Origin: an uncultured Candidatus Saccharibacteria bacterium
Lineage (GTDB): Bacteria; Patescibacteriota; Saccharimonadia; UBA4664; CAZJNH01
Direction of reading: 5' to 3'
NCBI GenBank assembly: GCA_964478595.1
Contig: CAYZIN010000005.1
Span: 1 to 51,111, forward strand
DNA length: 51,111 nucleotides
In this document: positions 19,596 to 28,003 of the stretch, one piece after another
Position numbering within the stretch: the first letter of the stretch is position 1
Layout: every line of letters starts with the position of its first letter
The notes under the pieces: model-generated
Database searches by the model: none
What the model saw: the letters and a program-made list of their open reading frames with translations, nothing else
Told to the model about the DNA's origin: nothing
Translations under genes and position numbers: made by a program

Positions 19596-21340
19596 GCCGG
19601 CGGAATCCCCATGTAGGTAATTAGAAATTTGGCAATCGAAGCAAATACTGGCACTGTGGTGGTTTCAGCAAACCCATCAATGTGCGGTTCATCAATTCGC
19701 ACCATCATCACAAAGCGAGGATTGTTGGCGGGTAAAAAGCCGACAAACGAGCCAATATTCTTGTTTGGATCGTATCCGGGTCCATTGGTTAGCGGCACCT
19801 GCGCAGTTCCGGTTTTGCCGGCGACACTATAGCCCGAAATCTGAGTTAAGTACCCATTACCATGCTGTACCACTGTAACCATCATGGCCCGCAGCTGGCT
19901 GGCCGCCCTGGCAGAAATTACCTGAGGATTCACCACCCGAGGCGCAAAGGTTTTTGTCTTACCGTCAGAGCCCACTAGCTTATCCACCAGCTGGGGCTGA
20001 TACAGTTTTCCGCCGTTGGCAATCGCCGTCGCCGCCATTACCATCTGCATGACAGTTACCGTCTCGCCTTGCCCAAAGGTCATGTTGGCGTAGTTAACGT
20101 CACTTGAGCTCACCTTCGGCACAAATCCATACGACTCGGTTGGCTGCTGGACTCCAGTTTTTGAGCCGAAACCAAACTTCGTGATGTAATCATGAAGCAC
20201 AATTTTGCCAGCCGGCGTGATTTTGTCTGGGTTGTTGCCTAATAAACGCAAAATATACATGACTCCAGTGTTAAGCGAGAAGGTAATAACGTGCGTCATA
20301 TCCTGCTCCCCCCAGCTTTTATTTTCGGCGTTATGGACCGTGTAGCCGTCAACGTCAAACGAACCGGTGTCGGTGTATTTCATGTCAGGTGTAACCTTGC
20401 CCGTATCAAGCCCAGTCGCCATGGTGATGATCTTAAAGCCCGAACCCGGCTCGAATAAACCCGAAACAACTCGGTTGTCAAACAAGCTATAATCCGTCAC
20501 TTCACTAAATTTAGCCGGATCGTAGGTCGGGTAGTTGGCCATCGCCCAGATTTTGCCGGAATTAGGATCTACCACCACTACACTCCCCGACTTCGCACCA
20601 ACCTTTTTAACGCCATCCTGCAACGCCTCCTCGGCTTTGGCTTGAATGTTACGGTCAATCGTTAGATCTAGCTCTGAGCCATCCACCGGGGGCTTAATCA
20701 AGTTCTTGGCGGTCGGAATCGGATTACCCTGGGTGTCGGTAATGGCTTTGAGCAGCCCCGGCTGTCCAGATAATTCCTTATTAAAATAACCCTCCAGTCC
20801 ATACTGACCCTGCCCTTCTCCGTTGACGAAACCTAGCACCTGCGACGCCAATTCCCCCTCCGGGTAAGTTCTAGCCTGACTTTCGGTTAGACCAATTCCC
20901 ACTAACTTCAAGGTCTTGATTTTGTTGGCCAGCGGCGAATCGATCCGGGTTTTTAAAACCACGTACTCCCCCGGCGTTTTGAGCTTTTTTAAATAATCAA
21001 CCGCCGAGTCGCCGGTGGCTTCCGAAAGCGCCGTGGCGGTTTTTAGCTGGTCATCCCCCTTAATTAAGCTTGGATCAGCATAAAGCAAATAGAGCGATTG
21101 ATTAAGCGCCAATGGCACCAAATTATCCCCATCGTGGGCCATAATCTCGCCGCGCTTGGCAGCCACTTCAAATTTTCGCGAATGGGTTTTAGCCGCTAGC
21201 GACACGTAATGTGAATGCTCTACTACTTGCAGGTTAAATAAACGATAAATTAGTAGGCCGCCAACTATAAACATTACGGTTACGAGCGCCGCAATCCGAC
21301 GCCCGCCCACTTTCGGCCCTAAATAATCAAAGGAATCCAT
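19592..21340 (-). CDS. ftsI: class B penicillin-binding protein / FtsI transpeptidase
   Basis: 582 aa. N-terminal TM, SxxK (SGFK), SxN (SLN) and KTG (GKTGTA). Located between the ftsL-like gene and mraY. Confidence 0.9.
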   Translation of the reverse strand: MDSFDYLGPKVGGRRIAALVTVMFIVGGLLIYRLFNLQVVEHSHYVSLAAKTHSRKFEVAAKRGEIMAHDGDNLVPLALNQSLYLLYADPSLIKGDDQLKTATALSEATGDSAVDYLKKLKTPGEYVVLKTRIDSPLANKIKTLKLVGIGLTESQARTYPEGELASQVLGFVNGEGQGQYGLEGYFNKELSGQPGLLKAITDTQGNPIPTAKNLIKPPVDGSELDLTIDRNIQAKAEEALQDGVKKVGAKSGSVVVVDPNSGKIWAMANYPTYDPAKFSEVTDYSLFDNRVVSGLFEPGSGFKIITMATGLDTGKVTPDMKYTDTGSFDVDGYTVHNAENKSWGEQDMTHVITFSLNTGVMYILRLLGNNPDKITPAGKIVLHDYITKFGFGSKTGVQQPTESYGFVPKVSSSDVNYANMTFGQGETVTVMQMVMAATAIANGGKLYQPQLVDKLVGSDGKTKTFAPRVVNPQVISARAASQLRAMMVTVVQHGNGYLTQISGYSVAGKTGTAQVPLTNGPGYDPNKNIGSFVGFLPANNPRFVMMVRIDEPHIDGFAETTTVPVFASIAKFLITYMGIPPA

Positions 21341-21358
21341 AGCTTCTTAACCCATAGA

Positions 21359-21679
21359 TTATTGGATAAAAGTCGGCTTTCCTTCCGAAACCATATTTTT
21401 GACAGCGCTTGAAGACTGAATTGATTGAATCGACTGCAACCGGGCGGCCTCAATTTCTAAGTCACGCTTGTCTGACACTAACTTATCGCGCTGGCTTTTA
21501 AGCTGATTTAGTTGCGTCCCGAAGACACTGGTTTTGGTAATTTGCGTCAGATAAAGCAGCGCTAGTGCCCCTACGATCGCCACCACCACAAAGCGGCTGG
21601 AGATCGGTCCGACTAAAACGCCGGTTCTGGCTCGGTATAAGTTCTGGTTTCGCCTCGCGGCGACGGTGAAGGTGGTCAT
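21359..21679 (-). CDS. ftsL: FtsL-like small bitopic division protein
   Basis: ATG 21679 follows AAAGGAG. The protein has a basic N-terminus, one TM (FVVVAIVGALALLYL) and a coiled-coil tail. Its position between rsmH and ftsI is the main evidence. Confidence 0.6.
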   Translation of the reverse strand: MTTFTVAARRNQNLYRARTGVLVGPISSRFVVVAIVGALALLYLTQITKTSVFGTQLNQLKSQRDKLVSDKRDLEIEAARLQSIQSIQSSSAVKNMVSEGKPTFIQ

Positions 21680-21818
21680 TTTTTTGCTCCTTTTATTTTG
21701 GTTTTTTCGGGGGCCCGCCCTCGCGGCTACCCCCAATGCGCATTGGTTAACTATTTGCGGTTACGCAAAACTCGGACTTTGATGGCGATCTGTGCCGATC
21801 GGCCTTTGACTGGAATGG

Positions 21819-22700
21819 TCATTTTTTCCCTCCCCTTTTTGTTTTTAGTTTCAGCGCCGCCCGGAGCTTCGCACTCCTAGCGCGCGGGTTTGATGTGTCA
21901 AATTCTTTGCCGGAAATTGGCTTTTTGGTCAGGATTTCGAGTTCGTCCGATTCTTTGAAGATATTTTTTACAATCCGATCCTCTAAAGAGTGGAAGCTAA
22001 TCACCGCAATTCGTCCGCCTTCCGAAAGTAGATCGATCATGACCGGCAAGCCCTCCTTGAGCTGTTCTAGCTCGCCGTTCACTTCGATCCGAATCGCCTG
22101 GAACGTCCGGGTCGCCGGATCGATTTTGCCCGAGTACCCCACCGCTTTGCGAATTACCTCAGCCAGATGCTGAGTGTCGCTAAACGGCCTGTTCTCGACA
22201 ATCGCTCGGGCGGCCCGACCTGACTTATGCTCCTCGCCGTATTCACTCAAGATGCGTTTCAAATCTGCTTCTTTATAAGTGTTTACGATATCGGCGGCCG
22301 TTAGGCTCTGCGAGCTGTCCATCCGCATATCTAGCGGACCGGCTTCGCGAAAGCTAAATCCCCTTTCCGGATTGTCAAACTGTGGTGACGAAACCCCCAG
22401 ATCCAGCAAAATCAGATCAAACTGCGAACCCTCCTGCTGCAACCTGCGAGTTGCGTCGGAAAAGCTTGCCTGGTAGATAGAGGCCCGGTCGCCGAACTGA
22501 GCTTTGAGTGACTCGGTTGCGGCCGGATCCCTATCTACCAGTACTGCTTTTGCCTTGCCAGTCCTTTCCAGTATCGCTGCTGCGTGCCCTCCGAACCCCG
22601 CTGTGGCGTCCAAATACGAATCGCCTGGCCGCGGGTCGAGCAGCTTGATTACCTGGTCTAATAAGACTGGCTGGTGCTGTGGTTTCATTTTCAAGGTCAC
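21819..22700 (-). CDS. rsmH: 16S rRNA (cytosine1402-N4)-methyltransferase RsmH
   Basis: 293 aa. Motifs DATAGFGGHA, LLDLGVSSPQFD, RGFSF and SFHSLEDR. Confidence 0.95.
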   Translation of the reverse strand: MTLKMKPQHQPVLLDQVIKLLDPRPGDSYLDATAGFGGHAAAILERTGKAKAVLVDRDPAATESLKAQFGDRASIYQASFSDATRRLQQEGSQFDLILLDLGVSSPQFDNPERGFSFREAGPLDMRMDSSQSLTAADIVNTYKEADLKRILSEYGEEHKSGRAARAIVENRPFSDTQHLAEVIRKAVGYSGKIDPATRTFQAIRIEVNGELEQLKEGLPVMIDLLSEGGRIAVISFHSLEDRIVKNIFKESDELEILTKKPISGKEFDTSNPRARSAKLRAALKLKTKRGGKK

Positions 22701-22954
22701 CTAGTCAGCAGCCAACTGTTTGTTTTAGGTTTTCTTTTTTGGGCAGCTTTTTACTTAAGGGGTAAGAAGCTACCTAATTTTTGAGAGTTGTGGCAAGGAA
22801 TTTGTAATAAATTCCTTATCTCGAGAGATGTGAGGTGGAGTTTTGTGTCAGAAGGTGCAAGGACTACGGGTCCTCTGCCGGTTTGCTGACTGCCAACTAG
22901 TTAACGGTGAAAATTTGTTTTGGTAGTTTTTGTTTTGTTATCAACGAGCTTTGA

Positions 22955-23371
22955 TTACAGTTTGGGTTTGGCGCTTAGTTTACGAATCCGCCAGTAGCTT
23001 CCAGTGTCGGCCGGGATTCGTACCGCCTTCCAATCTTTTTCCTTATCGAGGCCCGAGGCTTCGGCCAGCTCTTGGTCGAGCGTAATCCGTCCCCGCTTGG
23101 CGTCGATCGTAACCTCTTGCAACTGGCTGTAGAAATAATCTGCCATTTCAGCCAGTTCTCGGTTTAGGACCGTCGGCGTTTTGTCGCCTTCCTTGGGATT
23201 AACTTTCAAGGCTTTTTCGACCTCGCCCCAGACTTTCTTGGGGTATAGGTGCAGGCTTTGGTTAAACCCAGGAGTTACTACAGCTATTCCGTCAGCGAAT
23301 TCGCCTCGCACCAAGGGTGGAAGCGTTAACCGATTCTTTTCATCTAGTCGCCCTCGGAAGTTGTAGATCAT
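22955..23371 (-). CDS. mraZ: transcriptional regulator MraZ
   Basis: 138 aa. Two SpoVT/AbrB-like halves (RLDEKNRLTLPP and DAKRGRITLDQ). First gene of the dcw cluster. Confidence 0.8.
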   Translation of the reverse strand: MIYNFRGRLDEKNRLTLPPLVRGEFADGIAVVTPGFNQSLHLYPKKVWGEVEKALKVNPKEGDKTPTVLNRELAEMADYFYSQLQEVTIDAKRGRITLDQELAEASGLDKEKDWKAVRIPADTGSYWRIRKLSAKPKL

Positions 23372-23396
23372 TGTTTTTCAACCCTCCTGGGTTTAC

Positions 23397-23411
23397 CCAC
23401 TGTAACCCACT
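23397..23411 (-). promoter_or_regulatory. two GTGGG direct repeats with 10-bp spacing (candidate MraZ boxes)
   Basis: The minus strand reads AGTGGGTTACAGTGGGTAAA. The CCCAC cores are at 23397-23401 and 23407-23411, immediately downstream of the -10 element. Two further GTGGG cores overlap at 23433-23441. Confidence 0.5.
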
Positions 23412-23418
23412 AAATCCA

Positions 23419-23448
23419 ATATACGCTGTCCCCCACCCACCTGTCAAC
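23419..23448 (-). promoter_or_regulatory. sigma-70-like promoter of mraZ/dcw
   Basis: On the minus strand: TTGACA (23448-23443), an 18-nt spacer, then TATATT (23424-19). Confidence 0.55.
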
Positions 23449-23460
23449 TACTTTATATCA

Positions 23461-23488
23461 CAAAAGAAGAACCCCGCCGGGTTCTTCT
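23461..23488 (-). terminator. intrinsic terminator of the 124-aa orphan gene
   Basis: The minus strand reads GAAGAACCC-GGCG-GGGTTCTTC (9-bp stem) followed by TTTTGTG. Confidence 0.7.
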
Positions 23489-23501
23489 CCCTGCGAGGTC
23501 T

Positions 23502-23876
23502 CTAGAGCGCTAGTTCTTCTTCGGCGAGCTGTACGTCCTGCGGTCTTGTATCGATGTAGTGAGTCGCACTCGGAACGACGTTGATTGTGACACCGATCCG
23601 ATACCCTTTCTTCAGTCTAGACGCGACTGCTTCAGCGAGTTGACGTGCGACGTCATCAGCATTGGGTCGTGGATAGAGGTAGTTCGGTACGAAGCCAACT
23701 ATACGTATGTCGCAAGTGCCCTGATCGCTGAAACCGTCCATCTGGCGCTCGTGAACTTCGAAGTCCTCGGGCGTACAAGGCAAGATGCCCTTAACGATAT
23801 GCCAGAGACTGTACAGGATACTCTGGGTCTCGTGCTCCCAGCATTTCTTCGAAACGGCCACTTCGAAAGAAAGCAT
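23502..23876 (-). CDS. hypothetical 124-aa protein (orphan; weak resemblance to small beta-alpha-beta tautomerase-like proteins)
   Basis: GAAGGAG sits 5 nt upstream of ATG 23876, and the gene has its own terminator. The overlapping plus-strand ORF has no ribosome-binding site. No family recognised with confidence. Confidence 0.6.
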   Translation of the reverse strand: MLSFEVAVSKKCWEHETQSILYSLWHIVKGILPCTPEDFEVHERQMDGFSDQGTCDIRIVGFVPNYLYPRPNADDVARQLAEAVASRLKKGYRIGVTINVVPSATHYIDTRPQDVQLAEEELAL

Positions 23877-23906
23877 TCCTGCTCCTTCTCTTGGAAACGG
23901 TCAGCA

Positions 23907-23915
23907 AACTATACC
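23907..23915 (-). promoter_or_regulatory. possible extended -10 promoter (TGGTATAGT) for the orphan gene
   Basis: The minus strand reads TGGTATAGT about 30 nt upstream of ATG 23876. The -35 element is weak. Confidence 0.3.
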
Positions 23916-23954
23916 AGAAGTATCTCGAACTTAGAAGGTGGCGAGGCAATAATT

Positions 23955-25244
23955 CTACTCCCAAATTGGGGCAACGGTTTGGTGGAGTGTTTCGCCGAGC
24001 TTTTGATCGATATCCCCAACCAAACTTAGGCCCCAGCGCTTTTCTGAAGTAATTAGGTTGGCGAACTTCACCACGTCGTCTTTGGTAACCGTCGCAAGAT
24101 CGTGAACGTATTTATCGAAATCAAAAATCCGCTCGTAGGTAATGTAGTCCGAGCCGTACCAGTCAGCGAGATGGTCGGTGGTCTGAGTTAGAACCTTGAG
24201 TAACCCCTGGACGTAAACGCAGGCCTCATCGACCTCTCGTTGAGTGAAGTCCCCCGCCTTAGCTTTGATGAAATATTTGGTAAACAATTTGAACAATTCC
24301 TCGGCGTTCTTGGGCGTGACATAAGCCCGGAAACCGAGCGAAGACATTACCGGTCCGCTGTCGCCCGCCACACCAACGTGATAGGCCAATCCCCGCTCGC
24401 GGGCTTCTTTAAGCACCCAAGAATCGTAGCGCCCACGAAACAATCGCCTCAAGATTTGTCCAGCCAGCATCTCTTCATAAATAAGTGGACGCGATAAGTA
24501 TGAATAGAGAGTGTAATAAAGTTGCTTGATCGGCTTCGGTTCAACAACCACCGGTAAACTGTCGATGGTGGGAACTTTGGGAATCTCGAGCAGCTGCCCC
24601 TGCGGAAGTCCGGACAAGGACGCATTAAGTAAATCGACAAAATGCTGCGGGCCTTGCGGAATTGCGCCGGCAATGACGATGCGCAAGTTCTTGGCGGTGT
24701 GAGTTCTGTTGTAATGCGCTTTGAGATCTTCTAGTTTGATAGCGTCGAGTGTTCCCAGTCGAGTTTCGTCGGTTTGCGCAATATTGGGAATAAACTGGCT
24801 TTGGACGAGCTGGTGGCTTAAGCGTTCGTAGTTCGAGGTGTTACGGCTCAGCTCCTCGCGGACGTTGCCAACTTCGGTCTTAAATGATTTTTCGGGAAAC
24901 AAAGGGCTGGAGACTTGAGCAGCTAGCAAATGAACAATCCGCTCGGCCTCATCGGCAGCGCAAGTATAAACGTAATCGTTGAGGTACTGACCGGTGTGGG
25001 CGTTTTGCAACGCCCCGTTTTTTTGGACTTCCACTTTGAAACTGACTGCGTCTGGATAAAGTTTGTTGCCAGAAAGCATCATGTGTTCCATCACATGCGG
25101 CACTTCGTATGTAGCCTTGTCGGCCGCGTAGGCATATCCCGAACGGAAATACGCGTTTATGCTGGTGGTTTGCGCCCCAGGCGCTTCAATAAATAAAACC
25201 TTCGCCCCATTTTTCAGCTCGTGTTCGCGAAGTATGTGCTTCAT
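23955..25244 (-). CDS. M16-family zinc peptidase (pitrilysin-like)
   Basis: 429 aa. The inverted zinc motif HxxEH (HVMEHMML) lies near the N-terminus, and the length fits a two-lobe architecture. Confidence 0.8.
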   Translation of the reverse strand: MKHILREHELKNGAKVLFIEAPGAQTTSINAYFRSGYAYAADKATYEVPHVMEHMMLSGNKLYPDAVSFKVEVQKNGALQNAHTGQYLNDYVYTCAADEAERIVHLLAAQVSSPLFPEKSFKTEVGNVREELSRNTSNYERLSHQLVQSQFIPNIAQTDETRLGTLDAIKLEDLKAHYNRTHTAKNLRIVIAGAIPQGPQHFVDLLNASLSGLPQGQLLEIPKVPTIDSLPVVVEPKPIKQLYYTLYSYLSRPLIYEEMLAGQILRRLFRGRYDSWVLKEARERGLAYHVGVAGDSGPVMSSLGFRAYVTPKNAEELFKLFTKYFIKAKAGDFTQREVDEACVYVQGLLKVLTQTTDHLADWYGSDYITYERIFDFDKYVHDLATVTKDDVVKFANLITSEKRWGLSLVGDIDQKLGETLHQTVAPIWE

Positions 25245-26606
25245 CTAGAACGTGGCGAGTTGGGAGTTGATGGCGGCGTTGAGGTCGGTGATTTTGATAC
25301 GGTCTTGCTTCATTGTGTCGCGGTGGCGGATGGTCACAGCTTTGTCGTCTAAGCTATCAAAGTCGACGGTTACGCATAGCGGCGTGCCGATTTCGTCTTG
25401 GCGGCGATAACGGCGACCGATACTTTGAGTTTCGTCGTACTCGGTTTTAAATTCACCGGAGAGTTGCTCCCAGACTTCGTGGGCTAATGGGCTCAGTTTG
25501 GCGTCTTTCGATAGCGGCAGAACGGCCACCTTAACCGGAGCGATGTCGGGATGAAATTTAAGGACAACTCGCTTCTCGTCTTTGACGGTTTCTTCGTGGT
25601 AGGCATCAAGCATTAGAGCGAGGAACAACCGGCCGATGCCGATTGAGGGCTCAATCACGTACGGCGTGTAGCGTTTGCCCGAGGCCTCGTCGAAAATGGA
25701 TAAGTCTTTGCCGCTGGTTTTGGCATGGGCAGAAAGATCATAGTCGGTACGGTTGGCTATCCCCCATAGCTCCTTAAAGCCCATCGGGAAGTTGTACTGA
25801 ATGTCGACCGACGCCGCGGCGTAATGCGCCCGCTCGTCTTTGGCGTGGTCGTGAAACTTCAAATTGTCCTTTTTCATGCCTATTGAAAGCAAAAAGTCCC
25901 AGCAAAACTGCTTCCATTTTTTGTACTCCGCTTCCGCCGCCTCGGGCTCCACAAAGTACTCAAGCTCCATTTGCTCAAACTCGCGCACGCGAAAGACAAA
26001 GTCGCCGGGCGTAATTTCGTTACGGAAGGCTTTGCCGATTTGGGCGATGCCGAAGGGAATTTTCTGGCGGGTCGTCTCGCGCACGTTCTGGAATTGAGCA
26101 AAGATGCCGCCGGCGGTTTCTGGTCGCAGATAAGCGATCGCCGAGTCGTCTTGCACCGGGCCGACGTGGGTTTTAAACATCATGTTAAACTGGCGGGCTT
26201 CGGTCAGTTCCTTTTTGCCGCAGTTTGGGCAGGGTTTGTCTTTGAGCGCGGCGTTCAGTTTTTTAAGATCATTCGTGTCGACACCTGCTACATGGTCAGC
26301 TCGAAAGCGGTGCTTGCAGTTTTTGCAGTCGACCATTGGATCAACAAAGGTCTCAACGTGCCCGCTGGCCTCCCACAGCTTCGAACTTTGGATAATTGTG
26401 GAATCTAGGCCGACGACGTTTTGGTGGCCGTAAACAAAAGCCCTCCACCAGGCTTTGCGGATATTGTCGACCATTTCGGTACCGTACGGGCCCCAGTCCC
26501 AAAAACCGGAAATGCCGCCGTAAATTTCCGACGCCTGAAACACAAAACCCCGCCGTTTGGCGAGTGAAACAATCTCATCCATGCTGACTTTCGATTTTTC
26601 GGGCAT
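25245..26606 (-). CDS. glyQS: glycine-tRNA ligase (homodimeric GlyQS type)
   Basis: 453 aa. Motifs RGFVFQASEIYGG..WDWGPYG, FRNEITP and a class II core, with a C-terminal anticodon-binding domain. Confidence 0.93.
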   Translation of the reverse strand: MPEKSKVSMDEIVSLAKRRGFVFQASEIYGGISGFWDWGPYGTEMVDNIRKAWWRAFVYGHQNVVGLDSTIIQSSKLWEASGHVETFVDPMVDCKNCKHRFRADHVAGVDTNDLKKLNAALKDKPCPNCGKKELTEARQFNMMFKTHVGPVQDDSAIAYLRPETAGGIFAQFQNVRETTRQKIPFGIAQIGKAFRNEITPGDFVFRVREFEQMELEYFVEPEAAEAEYKKWKQFCWDFLLSIGMKKDNLKFHDHAKDERAHYAAASVDIQYNFPMGFKELWGIANRTDYDLSAHAKTSGKDLSIFDEASGKRYTPYVIEPSIGIGRLFLALMLDAYHEETVKDEKRVVLKFHPDIAPVKVAVLPLSKDAKLSPLAHEVWEQLSGEFKTEYDETQSIGRRYRRQDEIGTPLCVTVDFDSLDDKAVTIRHRDTMKQDRIKITDLNAAINSQLATF

Positions 26607-26825
26607 TTAAAACTTCAAATTATCGTCGCTCGTTACCTCATTGTACTCATCGGGTGTAATTCTGCCTAGCTCCAGCAAATTGTCCATGTCGCCGATAAAA
26701 GCTTTTTTAACTTTTTCAAACACCGGCGAGGTCTGGTCGCGTAAAACCATCAAGACCCGAACACAATCATCGATGTAGCATTCGACTTCGTCCTCGGTCA
26801 TTACCTTAAGTTCTTCAAGCTCCAC
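26607..26825 (-). CDS. hypothetical highly acidic 72-aa protein
   Basis: It fills the recO-glyQS gap exactly, overlapping the recO 3' end by 11 nt and abutting the glyQS start. No recognised family. Confidence 0.5.
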   Translation of the reverse strand: MELEELKVMTEDEVECYIDDCVRVLMVLRDQTSPVFEKVKKAFIGDMDNLLELGRITPDEYNEVTSDDNLKF

Positions 26826-27531
26826 TCTCTAACATCTCCCGACTACTTAATCTGAGGTTTAGAGTATGCTCCATAAAAGCGTTGCAAATCAAGATCGAGT
26901 GGGCCGCAAGCTTCTCGGCCTCATCAACACTTTGACCGATCAGCAAAGCTCGCCACAACGCCCTGGTTGGCTGATCCATTTTAAACGGCCGGCTTTGGGA
27001 GCACCCGCCATCAACGATCCCGCCAAGATCCGGGTCAAAGTAAAACTCCCCCACCGTCTTGCCGCACACTACGCAGTGATCGAGCTGAGGGTGGTAACCC
27101 AATAAATCCATCAGCCGCAGCTTAAACCCCAATTCCAAAGTTTCACTGTATCCATTATCGTTAGCCGACCCTAGGGTCTCAACCGCCAGGGCGTAGACTC
27201 GTCGCGTCGTCATCCCCTCCTTCACCGTTCGACCCAAAATCTCCGCTAGCAAATAAGCAAACGTTAACGAGCGATAATCTTCGGTTAGGTTTTGAAAGTG
27301 CCGTTTAAGCCTGGCACCGGCGATAACGTCTAGGTTGCGTCCTTTAGCCAGCATCAGTTCGGTTTCACTAAATAACTCAAGGTGCCCCGCCTGCCGGCTT
27401 TTAATTTTACGTACGCCCTTGGCTACCGCCTTTAACTTTCCGTAATCGGGCGTAAGAAAGGTAATAATCCGATCGGCCTCACCAAAATTAAGCCGGGACA
27501 GCACCAGCCCGGTGGTTTTATAGGTTGGCAT
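26815..27531 (-). CDS. recO: DNA repair protein RecO
   Basis: 238 aa. The N-terminal OB-fold segment TTGLVLSRLNFGEADRIITFLT and the zinc motif CVVCGK...C are typical of RecO. Confidence 0.88.
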   Translation of the reverse strand: MPTYKTTGLVLSRLNFGEADRIITFLTPDYGKLKAVAKGVRKIKSRQAGHLELFSETELMLAKGRNLDVIAGARLKRHFQNLTEDYRSLTFAYLLAEILGRTVKEGMTTRRVYALAVETLGSANDNGYSETLELGFKLRLMDLLGYHPQLDHCVVCGKTVGEFYFDPDLGGIVDGGCSQSRPFKMDQPTRALWRALLIGQSVDEAEKLAAHSILICNAFMEHTLNLRLSSREMLESGA

Positions 27532-27552
27532 ACCAACCGCTCCCTTCTGTCT

Positions 27553-27933
27553 CTAGCTCTTCCCGAGAGCGACCATGGCCTTTTCGACCACTTCGTCTGG
27601 TGTGTGATGGGATTTAATCAGATAGTCGGCAACCCCCAGGGCTTTAGCCAGATCTTTATTCATATCAACTTCACTCTCGCCTAGGTTAGTAAGCAAAATA
27701 ACCGGAATCTGCCGTAAATTAGGATCTTTTTTGATTTCTTTCAAGACGTGAAAGCCGTTGACTTTAGGCATCAAAATATCGAGCAAGATCAGTTCGGGTC
27801 GGTAAGTTTCTAAGACTTTCAGGCACTCTTCCCCGTTGGTTGCAACCGTGATGTCGTGACCCTCAAGTTCGAACTTGGCTTGATACATTTCAACCAGAAT
27901 CGTATCGTCTTCAACCAGTAAAATATTGGCCAA
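27553..27933 (-). CDS. stand-alone response regulator receiver
   Basis: 126 aa. Motifs ILLVEDD, ELILLDILMP, LLTNL and a conserved Lys in DYLIKS. No output domain. Confidence 0.9.
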   Translation of the reverse strand: MANILLVEDDTILVEMYQAKFELEGHDITVATNGEECLKVLETYRPELILLDILMPKVNGFHVLKEIKKDPNLRQIPVILLTNLGESEVDMNKDLAKALGVADYLIKSHHTPDEVVEKAMVALGKS

Positions 27934-28003
27934 GTCACTCTCCCTCTTAACTAATTAACGATACTAACAGTCGCCGATCCTTTTCAAAAGCGTAAGCACT
28001 TCC

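Noticed and set aside
23559-24029. A 156-aa plus-strand ORF
   Set aside because: It overlaps the 3' end of the M16 peptidase gene and lies antisense to the 124-aa ORF, which has both an SD and a terminator. It has no ribosome-binding site and an implausible composition.
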